From Abditibacteriota bacterium (GTDB lineage Bacteria; Armatimonadota; UBA5829): a DNA stretch of 64,000 nt. Every line of letters begins with the position of its first letter. Position 1 is the stretch's first letter. Under the pieces are notes generated by a model. It was given only the letters and a program-made list of their open reading frames with translations. It made no database searches and was not told the origin of the DNA. This document shows, one piece after another, positions 18,245 to 28,023 of the stretch. Position numbers and translations under genes: made by a program. The stretch spans positions 95,752 through 159,751 of the forward strand of contig JAFSVJ010000028.1 in the NCBI GenBank assembly GCA_017445025.1. The letters run 5' to 3'.

Positions 18245-19845
18245 TTTTTATAAAGAATCACCCCCCTAACGCAGTGCGACAACTGTTTTTTTTCGGACAA
18301 TTACATAAAGATTTGTTTAGTTAGTGGGTAAGACTTTAAATTTCGCGCCATAAGTGCTTTTTAGATTGTAGATTGTTGAACAAAAAAAGCCTTTTGTTTA
18401 CGGAAATCTAAAACCTTACGTAATCACTTTAGACATCAGTCTTTAATACCGAAATCGTTTAGGTTCTTTATCATTATTATGACTAAAACAGAAATTTATC
18501 TCCGGAATTTCCATTTCTGTTCCTTCATAATACTTTGAATACATTTGGAATGTAGTCATATTAGTGTTTGTATATTTTCGTTCATAATTATAATAATGCA
18601 TCCATTCTTCTATTCCTTTATTGAACACTTCAAGTGTTTCAAACTGGCGTTGATTATAAAACTCATCTCTAAGAACGTGATAAAATTGTTCAATAAAGGG
18701 ATTATCTGTGCTTTTATAGGGACGGCTGTGACTTTGCTTTAAACCTAATTTCTCTAAATAATTATGAAAGCCATAAGTGCGATATATTCCCGCTCTATCT
18801 GAATGAAATATACCATCGGTGATCTTAAAAGGTAAAGCTTTTTCTAATAGTTTTAGGGTTTCATTTGCCAGATCGGAATTTTCATGAAATGAAGTGTGAA
18901 AACATATTATCATACGGGAATAATAATCCATAACACAAGATACTTTTATTATGCCAAAGCTATATTCCAACTTAATAACATCGGTGCAAAAGTATCTTAA
19001 AGGTTCATTTGCTCTAAAACCTGTTTTAATTAATCGTTCACATGCCGGCATCCTATCTTTTGTTAAGGATTTATTCTTGCAGCGACTCTCTTTTTTGGTT
19101 AAAAGCAGTCCTTCTTTTTTGGCAATTTTATAGACCTTTTCTTTATAAGTTTTAATACCATAGTCTTCGTAAAGAATAGAAACTAAAGCTTTGCAACCAC
19201 GATATATCTTTCTACGTTCTCGTATATCATGTAAAGCTAAACGAATCTTTTCGTCAATCGGATCTTGTGGCTTTTCCTCTTTAGGCTTATCGTTATCATA
19301 AAAGGTAGAACTTGGTATTTTAGTATGTTTAAACAACATTGTTTTTGTAAAAAATTCTTGATATAAATTGACTATAAAAACCTTAACATCATTTTTTATC
19401 TTTGTCTTTTTTTTTTCAAGAACATTAAATGCTGTGTTAACACAAAGCTCACAATCTAAATCTTTTATGATTTCAATTAATTCTTTTTGGGATTTATTTT
19501 CTAATTGTTTAAGATCAATGGGTTTTCTAAATTCAGCTTCATTTTTCTTTTTTTCTTTGTTAAAAAAGCTCATTGGACCTTTATCCTTATATTGACTAAC
19601 CCAAGAACGAATTGTTTTTCCGCCAGGCTTAGTTTGATTGGGAAGCAATTTTCTTGCAGTTTGCTTAAATGAAAGAAAATGCTCTCTCATATATATTATA
19701 GCATATATTTTGTATTCTGGCGAATAATAAGCCCTCTTTTGTGGCTTTTTTGAGATTTTGCTATCCATTAATTTTCCTCCTATTTGTCCGAAAATTAACA
19801 GATAGCACACGCAGTAGGGGGGGGACTGATTGTCAATCATAGCCA
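18245..19845 (-). mobile_element. Insertion sequence (~1.6 kb) with ~40-bp imperfect terminal inverted repeats (TTGTCCGAAAA..CAG…GC..TAGGGGGG.TGATT) at 18250-18310 and 19780-19840.
   Basis: The inverted repeats were found by comparing the reverse complement of the left end with the right end. A transposase ORF lies between them. Confidence 0.65.
18443..19768 (-). CDS. DDE transposase with an rve/integrase core (IS3/IS481 superfamily), encoded as a single ORF.
   Basis: 'HSDRAGIY' and 'SRPYKSTDNPFIEQFY' match the rve catalytic-core signatures (HSDRG…, SR.G…DNA..E). N-terminal helix-turn-helix. Start placed at the internal 'MDSKISKK' so that the CDS lies inside the right inverted repeat. Confidence 0.75.
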   Translation of the reverse strand: MDSKISKKPQKRAYYSPEYKIYAIIYMREHFLSFKQTARKLLPNQTKPGGKTIRSWVSQYKDKGPMSFFNKEKKKNEAEFRKPIDLKQLENKSQKELIEIIKDLDCELCVNTAFNVLEKKKTKIKNDVKVFIVNLYQEFFTKTMLFKHTKIPSSTFYDNDKPKEEKPQDPIDEKIRLALHDIRERRKIYRGCKALVSILYEDYGIKTYKEKVYKIAKKEGLLLTKKESRCKNKSLTKDRMPACERLIKTGFRANEPLRYFCTDVIKLEYSFGIIKVSCVMDYYSRMIICFHTSFHENSDLANETLKLLEKALPFKITDGIFHSDRAGIYRTYGFHNYLEKLGLKQSHSRPYKSTDNPFIEQFYHVLRDEFYNQRQFETLEVFNKGIEEWMHYYNYERKYTNTNMTTFQMYSKYYEGTEMEIPEINFCFSHNNDKEPKRFRY

Positions 19846-19884
19846 AGTATAAACTTTGGATGCCCGACAAACTTTAAATTCCAT

Positions 19885-19936
19885 CCCCCGTCAGTCCTTA
19901 CGGACTGCCACCCCCCAAGCGACACTTAGAGGGACA
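19885..19936 (+). repeat. C/G-clamped double-hairpin element, copy 3; the second hairpin is degenerate.
   Basis: CCCCCGTCAGTCCTTACGGACTGCCACCCCCCAAGCGACACTTAGAGGGACA. Confidence 0.6.
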
Positions 19937-19974
19937 AATTGTGCATTGTTAATTGTGATTATAGAATTAAAACT

Positions 19975-22900
19975 ATGAACCCTGTGTATTCTCTTGAAAC
20001 AAAAATTAATAATAAATTAAAAGAGCTTAAGGCTCTTATTACTTTAAAAGAAATAAATATGGAGCCTTGGGAAATTCGTCATGCCAAATATATAGACTTT
20101 GGCAATTATGATTATTTAGATGATTGGCAAACTCTCAACATAGGGGATTTTTGGGCCACTTCCGGAGAGACTGCTTTCATAAAAAAAACTGTTAACATTA
20201 ATAACCATAAAGGGGAATATATAGCTCTTTTTTTGGATACAGACGGAGAGGGTTTATTATATCTCAACGGAAAACCTTTCCACGGAGTTGACAATTTTAG
20301 AGGCTATATCTGCCTCACTCCTTCCGCAAAAGAAACAGAAACTTTCAATCTTCTCATAGAGCACAAAGCAGGTGGTTATGAGGACTTTGAAGACAAACCT
20401 ATAAAACATATATTCAAAGAAGCTAAATTACTATCCCTTGACAAAGAACTTGAAAGCATATATTACGACTATCTTGTGCCTTTTGATGTTGCTTGTCACA
20501 CCAAAGATGAAATCACCTCCAAACTTGTCAAGAATTTAGTCTACGACAGCCTTTTATCCGTTAACTTCAATAAAAACAGGGATACAGTCAAAAAAGCTCT
20601 TATAGAGGAAATTCAAAACTTTAAAGACAAACTTTCCACTCTCCCTAAAGCTCCCGGAGCGGTTCATTTTATAGGTAATTCCCATATAGATTTGGTTTTC
20701 ATGTGGCCGGAGCGAGAGACTCACAGAAAGGTGGGCAGAACCTTTAACTCTCTCTGTCGCCTTATGGAAGAATTTCCTCACTATTATTTTATGTGTTCCC
20801 AAGTTCCCATTTATGAATATTTAAAAGAGCTTTACCCTGACACATACTCTCAAATCAAAGAATTAATCAAAGAAGGAAGATTTGAGCCTATCGGTGGCAC
20901 TTATGTCCAACACTCCACCAATCTCCTATCCGGTGAAAGTTTGGTTCGTCAATGCCTATACGGAAAAAGATTTTTCAGAAAAGAATTTAATTATGATGTA
21001 AAAATCGGTTGGCTTCCGGACACCTTCGGTTTTGTTCACTCTCTTCCCCAAATCTACAAGCAAGCGGGAATTGACACACTCATAACTCAAAAGCTACGCT
21101 ACAATGACATAAATTCACATTATGAAGAAAACCTACCCCCTGAGTTGTTATTTAACTGGAAAGGCTGTGACGGTTCCACTCTTTTGGTCTACCACACAGG
21201 GTCCTACAAACATTTAACAACAAATAATATGGAATTTATGCTATATAACATTGGTTATTATTATAATAAAATTAAACATTTGCCAATGCCTGACTATTTG
21301 GCACCATACGGTTTCGGTGACGGTGGAGGTGGTGTTAACAGACGAGAATTGGAATATATAAAAAGGCTTGACACAGCTCCGGGTTTTCCAAAAGTTAAAT
21401 ATGGCACTGTTAAAGATTTCACAGAAAACCTGCCCACAGAGAATTTAAATACAATTGACGATGAACTTTACCTTGAAGCTCACAGAGGCACATACACAAG
21501 TCAAGGTGAAATTAAAAAATTAAACAGACTTTGCGAGATTGGTCTCAGAAACTGTGAAATATTAGGTGTAATAACCCAAAATTATGATAAGACAAAACTT
21601 GCCACGCTTTGGAAAAAAACTCTCTTTAATCATTTTCACGATATTCTTCCCGGATCCTCTATTCACGAAGGAGTAATAGACGCCAAAAAGTCTTACACTG
21701 AAATTCTTTCTGAATCAAACAGAATTATCCACCATAATCTAAAAGTTTTGGCAAAAAGGACAAACACTGAAGGAGATGGTGTTTCTATATTTGTATTTAA
21801 TCCTCTTTCTTATAGGAGAGAAGCTTTAGTTTCTGTTCCTATTACTGAAAATCAAATTATCAAAGATAAAGACGGAAATATTGTCCCAAGTCAAATCTCC
21901 GGGAATAACATCATATTTAACGCCAATATAGACGCCTTTAGTGGAAAAGTATATTTTGCCAACATAGGTATAAATAAAAACACATCACTTATTACATTTA
22001 AAAACAATATTATTGACACTCCTTTGCTTAAAATCACCTTAAAGGATGGTTATATCTCTCAAATCTATGACAAGGATGCAGACAGAGAGCTGTTAGAATG
22101 CGACAGTAATGTTCTGCAAGTTTTTGAAGACAAAGGCGGTTTCTTTGACGCTTGGGATATAGACCCATTATTTGAGAAAAATAAAGAAGAATTTATTCTT
22201 TGTTCAGAGCCAACCCTTATGGAAATTGGTCCTGTCAGATGTGTTATAAGAAGTGAGTATAAATATAACAAATCTTCCATAACTCAAGATATGATAGTCT
22301 ATCCCAATTCAAAGAGAATTGATTTTAAGACACAAGCTAATTGGCACGAAAGCCACACTATGCTAAAAGCATCTTTTAAAGTCAATACAAGATCCACAGA
22401 AGCCACTTATGAAATTCCCTACGGATCTATCAAACGACCCACCACAAGAAATAACAATATAGAAAGAGCAAAGTTTGAAGTATGCGGGCAAAGATGGGCC
22501 GACTTGTCAGAACCTAACTATGGAATATCAATTCTCAACAATTGCAAATACGGTTATGATATAAAAGAAAATGAAATGAGAATTACTCTTCTTCGCAGTC
22601 CCAAGCACCCGGATGCCACCTGCGATATGGGAGACCATGAGTTTACCTATTCCCTATTCCCCCATACAACTTGCTTATTAAAAGAAACAGTTAAAGAAGC
22701 TCATTCTTTAAATAATCCTCTCTTGTCTACAATTACAGACAACCACAAGGGAGAAGAATTAACATCTTTTGTGAATGTTTTAACAGATAATGTTATTATT
22801 GACTGTATCAAATTTGCTGAAGATACTGATGATATTGTCCTTCGCCTTTATGAACCCTACGGTCAAAGGGGAAAAGTGACCTTATCATTTAACAAAAACA

Positions 22901-23022
22901 TAAGAAATATAAAAGAAATTAATATTCTTGAAGAAGAAATAGGAAAAGTTCAAATCAATAACAATATTATGGAATTTGACATTAAACCTTTTGAAATAAA
23001 GAGTTTTCTTATAAAATGTTAG
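19975..23022 (+). CDS. Glycoside hydrolase family 38 alpha-mannosidase
   Basis: The N-terminal catalytic region 'FIGNSHIDLVFMWPERETHRKVGRTFNSLCRLMEEFPHYYFMCSQVPIYEYLKE' is characteristic of GH38. Length of about 1000 aa is consistent. Confidence 0.8.
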   Translation: MNPVYSLETKINNKLKELKALITLKEINMEPWEIRHAKYIDFGNYDYLDDWQTLNIGDFWATSGETAFIKKTVNINNHKGEYIALFLDTDGEGLLYLNGKPFHGVDNFRGYICLTPSAKETETFNLLIEHKAGGYEDFEDKPIKHIFKEAKLLSLDKELESIYYDYLVPFDVACHTKDEITSKLVKNLVYDSLLSVNFNKNRDTVKKALIEEIQNFKDKLSTLPKAPGAVHFIGNSHIDLVFMWPERETHRKVGRTFNSLCRLMEEFPHYYFMCSQVPIYEYLKELYPDTYSQIKELIKEGRFEPIGGTYVQHSTNLLSGESLVRQCLYGKRFFRKEFNYDVKIGWLPDTFGFVHSLPQIYKQAGIDTLITQKLRYNDINSHYEENLPPELLFNWKGCDGSTLLVYHTGSYKHLTTNNMEFMLYNIGYYYNKIKHLPMPDYLAPYGFGDGGGGVNRRELEYIKRLDTAPGFPKVKYGTVKDFTENLPTENLNTIDDELYLEAHRGTYTSQGEIKKLNRLCEIGLRNCEILGVITQNYDKTKLATLWKKTLFNHFHDILPGSSIHEGVIDAKKSYTEILSESNRIIHHNLKVLAKRTNTEGDGVSIFVFNPLSYRREALVSVPITENQIIKDKDGNIVPSQISGNNIIFNANIDAFSGKVYFANIGINKNTSLITFKNNIIDTPLLKITLKDGYISQIYDKDADRELLECDSNVLQVFEDKGGFFDAWDIDPLFEKNKEEFILCSEPTLMEIGPVRCVIRSEYKYNKSSITQDMIVYPNSKRIDFKTQANWHESHTMLKASFKVNTRSTEATYEIPYGSIKRPTTRNNNIERAKFEVCGQRWADLSEPNYGISILNNCKYGYDIKENEMRITLLRSPKHPDATCDMGDHEFTYSLFPHTTCLLKETVKEAHSLNNPLLSTITDNHKGEELTSFVNVLTDNVIIDCIKFAEDTDDIVLRLYEPYGQRGKVTLSFNKNIRNIKEINILEEEIGKVQINNNIMEFDIKPFEIKSFLIKC

Positions 23023-23054
23023 CACTTATAACAGGAGCCTCTGATGGTATAGGG

Positions 23055-23271
23055 AAACAAAAAAATACAAATCATCCAAAAGCACAATTTTTTATAAGCA
23101 ATTTTGAGTGTAGTCGTCGACTGTAGACTCGCAGAATAAGGTTATTTTTAAAGGCAAAAGCCATTTAAAAATGTCCTTAGGCGAGAATCGTCAAGGAGAC
23201 ACGAAACGAAAAAGTGCGTTAAATAAAAAATTAGGGATTTTGAGAGGAGTTGTGATTTTATGTTTTTAATA
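23055..23271 (+). mobile_element. MITE-like element (~217 bp, degenerate ends) inserted at the mannosidase/SDR gene junction and flanked by ~70-bp direct repeats (22987..23054 and 23272..23343).
   Basis: The direct repeats each contain the 3' end of the mannosidase gene plus the 5' end of the SDR gene. The internal sequence is homologous to 4483..4702 and 44695..44909. Confidence 0.7.
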
Positions 23272-23305
23272 CCTTTTGAAATAAAATCTTTTTTAATAAA
23301 ATGAA

Positions 23306-24067
23306 ATGACAGCACTCATAACAGGAGCCTCTGATGGTATAGGCAAAGCATTTGCTTATGAACTGGCAAAAAAACAATATAATTTAATACTCATTGCAAG
23401 AAGAGAAGAATTGTTATCAAAAATAAAATCTTCTCTTGAAAAAGAATATAACATTTCAGTCAATTATTATTCTCTCGATTTGACCACTCAGATAAATGAA
23501 TTTTGCCAAATCATAAGAGATAACAAGCCGGACATCCTTATCAATTCCGCAGGCTTCGGAAGACCCGGGCTTTTTGTGGATTTGGACTTTGCCTGTCACG
23601 CAGAAATGCTCTCAGTCCATATTGAAGCTGTTGTGAAGAGCAATTATGAAGCCTTAAAATATATGAGAGAAAAGAAAGAAGGCATGATTATAAATATCTC
23701 ATCTCTTGCCGGACTGATTTTAGGAAAAGGCTACACTATGTATGGCTCCACCAAACATTTTATAGCAGATTTCTCTCAAAGATTGGCTTTTGAGGCAAGA
23801 AAAGATAATGTCTATATTCAAGCTCTCTGCCCCGGCTTCACATATACAGGATTTCACGACACAGAATATTACCCCCATTTCGACAGAAGCAAATATCCCA
23901 AATTTCTTTGGCAAAGTCCGGAGTCTGTGACACAAGAAAGTCTTAAAAAATATAAAACTCCCCTACTAATTCCAAGGACACTTAACAGATTTATCTATAT
24001 TTTAAGTCAAACTCTTCTTTTTAAATACATAATTGCCAAAATAATGAAAAGTAGCAAATTTGTATAA
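23306..24067 (+). CDS. Short-chain dehydrogenase/reductase (SDR) family oxidoreductase
   Basis: 'TGASDGIGKAFA' Rossmann motif. Confidence 0.75.
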   Translation: MTALITGASDGIGKAFAYELAKKQYNLILIARREELLSKIKSSLEKEYNISVNYYSLDLTTQINEFCQIIRDNKPDILINSAGFGRPGLFVDLDFACHAEMLSVHIEAVVKSNYEALKYMREKKEGMIINISSLAGLILGKGYTMYGSTKHFIADFSQRLAFEARKDNVYIQALCPGFTYTGFHDTEYYPHFDRSKYPKFLWQSPESVTQESLKKYKTPLLIPRTLNRFIYILSQTLLFKYIIAKIMKSSKFV

Positions 24068-24082
24068 TCTCGGCATTTATCT

Positions 24083-25186
24083 ATGACAATCAAACCCAAA
24101 AAAATATATGAAATAACCGTTCCACCTTCAAAATCCTATCTTCACAGAGCGTTGATAGGAGCTTTTTTGTGTAAAGACAAATGTCATATAAAAAATATAT
24201 ATCATTCTCAAGATATTGACACAACAATAAAAGCTCTTGAAAGTCTGAATAAAAATGATATAATAAACTGCAATGAATGTGCTTCAACACTCAGGTTTTT
24301 GATACCCCTTTCTCTTGTCATAAACAGCAAAGGAGCTTTTTGTTTTGAGGAAAGCTTGGGCAAACGTCCTCTTGAAGAATATTTAAACATATTTGACACA
24401 AAAGGTATAAAATACTCTAAAAATAAAGATAATTTAGTAGTTCAAGGAAATCTTAAACCGGAAATTTATAATATTCAAGGCAATGTTTCCAGCCAATTTT
24501 TGACAGGTTTGTTATTGGCTTTACCACTCCTTAAAGGCAACAGTGAAGTTCACATAGAAAAAGAGCTTCAATCAAAGCCATATACAGACATTACTATTGA
24601 TATACTGAAAGATTTTGGTATTGAAATTGAAAACCAAAACTACCAAATTTTCAAAATCAAAGGAAACCAAGAATATAAATGCAAGGAATACGCATGTGAG
24701 GGAGATTGGTCCACGGGGGCTTTTTGGTATTTGCTATCTCAAAAATTTAATATAAAAATAAATAATTTAAATATGGATTCAATTCAGCCGGACGCTGTGG
24801 TGACTAAAATCACCCCACATTTGCCGGAAATTTTTGATGCCAAGGACACTCCTGACTTAGTGCCTCTCCTTGTTGCTTATGCCATAGGCACACACCAAGA
24901 AATAAAAATCACAGACTGTGAAAGATTAAAATATGAAGAAAGCAACAGGCTTTTGGCTTTAAAAGAATTTGAAAAAACAGGTGGAAAAATTAAAATTGAT
25001 GACAATTCAATAATTATTAATAAATCTCAATCGTTAAATAGTGGATTTTTAAACAGTTTTCACGACCACAGAATTGTTATGGCTTATGCTCTTTTTTCTT
25101 TCTTAACAAACACAGAATTAGAAACAGACGATATTGAATGTCTTAAAAAATCCTATCCGGAATTGATAGATATAATAAAAGGTTAA
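24083..25186 (+). CDS. aroA: 3-phosphoshikimate 1-carboxyvinyltransferase (EPSP synthase), short form
   Basis: 'ITVPPSKSYLHRALIGAFL' EPSP-synthase N-terminal signature. Adjacent to aroC. Confidence 0.75.
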   Translation: MTIKPKKIYEITVPPSKSYLHRALIGAFLCKDKCHIKNIYHSQDIDTTIKALESLNKNDIINCNECASTLRFLIPLSLVINSKGAFCFEESLGKRPLEEYLNIFDTKGIKYSKNKDNLVVQGNLKPEIYNIQGNVSSQFLTGLLLALPLLKGNSEVHIEKELQSKPYTDITIDILKDFGIEIENQNYQIFKIKGNQEYKCKEYACEGDWSTGAFWYLLSQKFNIKINNLNMDSIQPDAVVTKITPHLPEIFDAKDTPDLVPLLVAYAIGTHQEIKITDCERLKYEESNRLLALKEFEKTGGKIKIDDNSIIINKSQSLNSGFLNSFHDHRIVMAYALFSFLTNTELETDDIECLKKSYPELIDIIKG

Positions 25187-25190
25187 AAAA

Positions 25191-26246
25191 ATGAGTTTTA
25201 CAACAGGTAATAAATATAAAATCACCCTTTTCGGCACTTCTCACGGAGATTGTATAGGTTGCACTATTGAAGGTATTCCCGAAGGCTTAGAAATAGACTT
25301 TGAGAAAATTGACACAGAAATGAAAAGGCGAAAACCTCAGGGAACACTAACCACAAAAAGAAAAGAAACAGATAATTATGATATAATTTCCGGAGTATTG
25401 GATGAAATATGTGACGGAAGCCCTTTGACCTGTGTCATTCCAAACACAGATGCCATTTTTTCAGATTACAACAAAGATATCCCACGACCGGGACACGCTG
25501 ACTATGCAGCAAATATAAAATACAATGGTTACAACGATTACAGAGGAGGAGGCTTCTTCTCCGGGAGAATGACCGCTCCCTTGGTATTTGCGGGAGCTGT
25601 AGCCAAACAGATTTTAGAGAAAAAAGGCATTTATGTTTACAGTCATATTCTGTCTGTAAAGGATTCCAAAGAAGCATCTTTCAGTGACCTGGACTGTAAT
25701 ACAATAATTAACAGACTGAGAGAAATAAAAACATATCCTTTCCCCTGCTTAGAAAAAGAAAAAGAATTCATAAACATAATAAAAGAAAACTCCCCCGATA
25801 GCGTGGGGGGAGTGTGTGAAATAATGGTTTTGGGTGTTCCCGTAGGGGTTGGAGAGCCATTTTTTGACAGTATAGAAAGCACCCTGTCAAAACTCTTCTT
25901 CTCAGTGCCGGGAATAAAAGGGGTTGAATTTGGAGATGGATTTAAAATCACAGAATTGACCGGTTCCGTAGCCAATGACTGCCCTCATTATATTAAGGAC
26001 GAAATAACATTCCTGTCAAATCACTCGGGAGGAATAAACGGAGGCCTTGCCAACGGAATGCCCATAATTTGCAGAGTTGCGGTCCGCCCCACTCCTTCTG
26101 TATCAATAGAACAAGAAACCGTGGATTTAGAGAAAGGTGAAAACACCAAAATCACTGTCCACGGAAGACACGACAGAGCAATTATCCTTCGCATTGCCCC
26201 GGTTATGGAAGCCGTCACAGCCATGGGGATTTTGGATTTACTGTAA
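25191..26246 (+). CDS. aroC: Chorismate synthase
   Basis: 'GTSHGDCIGCTIEGIPEGL…RRKPQ' and 'RHDRAI'-type motifs. Confidence 0.85.
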   Translation: MSFTTGNKYKITLFGTSHGDCIGCTIEGIPEGLEIDFEKIDTEMKRRKPQGTLTTKRKETDNYDIISGVLDEICDGSPLTCVIPNTDAIFSDYNKDIPRPGHADYAANIKYNGYNDYRGGGFFSGRMTAPLVFAGAVAKQILEKKGIYVYSHILSVKDSKEASFSDLDCNTIINRLREIKTYPFPCLEKEKEFINIIKENSPDSVGGVCEIMVLGVPVGVGEPFFDSIESTLSKLFFSVPGIKGVEFGDGFKITELTGSVANDCPHYIKDEITFLSNHSGGINGGLANGMPIICRVAVRPTPSVSIEQETVDLEKGENTKITVHGRHDRAIILRIAPVMEAVTAMGILDLL

Positions 26247-26441
26247 ATTCAGCCCCCCCACTATGTAAGGGGTTGAATTGCAGCAATCTCGGGGTCCCCA
26301 AAAAGCCCTGCGAATAGCGAAAACAACCCAAGGGATCCCGAAAAGTCGTAGCATAGCAAGACTTTTTGGGAATGGGTTTTAGGGGTGAGAAATAAGCATC
26401 GCTTTTTTGTAAAAACGCCCAAGGCACCCCGTCATTATTAT

Positions 26442-26660
26442 AATCAAAAATAGAAAATCAAAAATCAAAATTGAAAGTGCTAACCTTTAAGAGCAACTGA
26501 AAAGTTAAGAGCCGGCTAATTGGATTATTAATTATTAATTTTAAAAATAGGGGGCGAACCGGCGTGCAAATTTAAAAAGGCGTCTATAAAGCTTAGAGCC
26601 CACCAACATAAGTGGTGCGTAGCACCACGAATTTTGATTTTCTATTTTTGATTTTTGATT
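26442..26660. mobile_element. MITE-like element with ~30-bp terminal inverted repeats (AATCAAAAATAGAAAATCAAAAATCAAAATT / AATTTTGATTTTCTATTTTTGATTTTTGATT) enclosing ~155 bp that includes a GTGGTGCGTAGCACCAC hairpin. The right inverted repeat overlaps the last codons of hydE.
   Basis: Inverted repeats verified by reverse complement. The internal segment 'GCTAACCTTTAAGAGCAACTGAAAAGTTAAGAGCCG' is shared with 46240-46275. Confidence 0.6.
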
Positions 26661-27685
26661 ATATTTCTTGCGTGGCCTTGATCTATAGATACTTGACGAT
26701 TGCAAGAAATTATAAGATCTTTAATTGTAGATAAGATTGTATCCGTGTTTTCGGAGATACACTTTTTTCCGGGGTAAATTTCATATAATATCTTATACTT
26801 TTGAGGAGTAAAGTTAATCATAATAACATCACATCCCACGCTCAAACCTTTCTTATAACCTTCATTACCTATGGTTGCAAGGGCTGTGGTTGCAGGCATA
26901 AGAGCGGTTTTTGTTATTATTCTCACCAGTGCCAACATTTTAAGAGTCAAAAAAACATCTCCGTTAGGCTCACCCTTAAAAGGTGTATGTTCATGCATAA
27001 CATAAGGACCTATTCCCACCATTTCAGGTTTGAAATCTCTTATAAACTCCAAATCTTCAGCCAAATATTCTGTCTTCTGTCCCGGAGAGCCCACCATACA
27101 CCCTACCCCGGTTTGATAACCTAATTTTTTTAAATTTCTCAAACATTCAAGCCTTGTGTCCAAAACTCCGTCAGGGTGCAAATATTTATAATGTTCCTTG
27201 TTGGCGGTTTCATGTCTCAACAGATACCTGTTAGCTCCGGCCTCTTTCCAAAGCTTATAAGTTTCAAAAGAATGTTCCCCAAGGCTTAAAGTCACAGCCA
27301 TATCAGTGTTAGATTTTATTTCCCTTATTAAATCTGCCAAATCAAAAGGATTATAGGTCTTGCTTTCCCCACCTTGCATAACTAAGGTTTTTACACCTTT
27401 TTTATCCATATCAAGAGCAATTGAATATATCTCCTCTATGGGCATTTTATACCTTTGAACAAGATCATTATTTGCCCTTACACCGCAATAATTACAATTA
27501 CGAGCACATATATTGCTTATTTCCAACAAACCTCTTATTTGAACCTTTTCACCACAATAATCCTTTCTTATTTTATCGGAAAGACTAAATAAAGAAACAG
27601 CCTCATCCGAATTTAAAGACAAGGCCTCTATTAAGTCATTTTTGGTATAATTATTTGATTTTATTTTATTTAGTAAATTATTCAT
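26642..27685 (-). CDS. hydE: Radical SAM protein of the BioB/HydE type, likely the [FeFe]-hydrogenase maturase HydE.
   Basis: 'CARNCNYCGVRANND' radical-SAM Cx3Cx2C motif. About 350 aa. Adjacent to a HydG-like gene. Confidence 0.55.
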   Translation of the reverse strand: MNNLLNKIKSNNYTKNDLIEALSLNSDEAVSLFSLSDKIRKDYCGEKVQIRGLLEISNICARNCNYCGVRANNDLVQRYKMPIEEIYSIALDMDKKGVKTLVMQGGESKTYNPFDLADLIREIKSNTDMAVTLSLGEHSFETYKLWKEAGANRYLLRHETANKEHYKYLHPDGVLDTRLECLRNLKKLGYQTGVGCMVGSPGQKTEYLAEDLEFIRDFKPEMVGIGPYVMHEHTPFKGEPNGDVFLTLKMLALVRIITKTALMPATTALATIGNEGYKKGLSVGCDVIMINFTPQKYKILYEIYPGKKCISENTDTILSTIKDLIISCNRQVSIDQGHARNIIKNQK

Positions 27686-28023
27686 TGGAATGATTATTAT
27701 TTCCTTATAAATCCAAGAGAACTTATTCTAAATCTTGTAAAGCCAACTGTAAACCTTAATTGCTCCTATACTAAGTAGGGCAAAAGTTAGTAGACTTTTT
27801 GGGATTTACAAAACTGCTTCACCCTCTTTGAACTGAATTTGCTTTCGCAAATTCATTTCAAGGAGGGGGACCACAAGGCGTAAGCCATTGTGGTGGGTGG
27901 TCAGGAATAAATTTGCATAGAATTGCAAATTTATGATAGAAGCATAATAATATAACAGAGCAACCACATTTGAAGACGGTGGGTGGTCAGGAGTAAAAAT
28001 AGCTAAACTGCAAATTTTACGAT

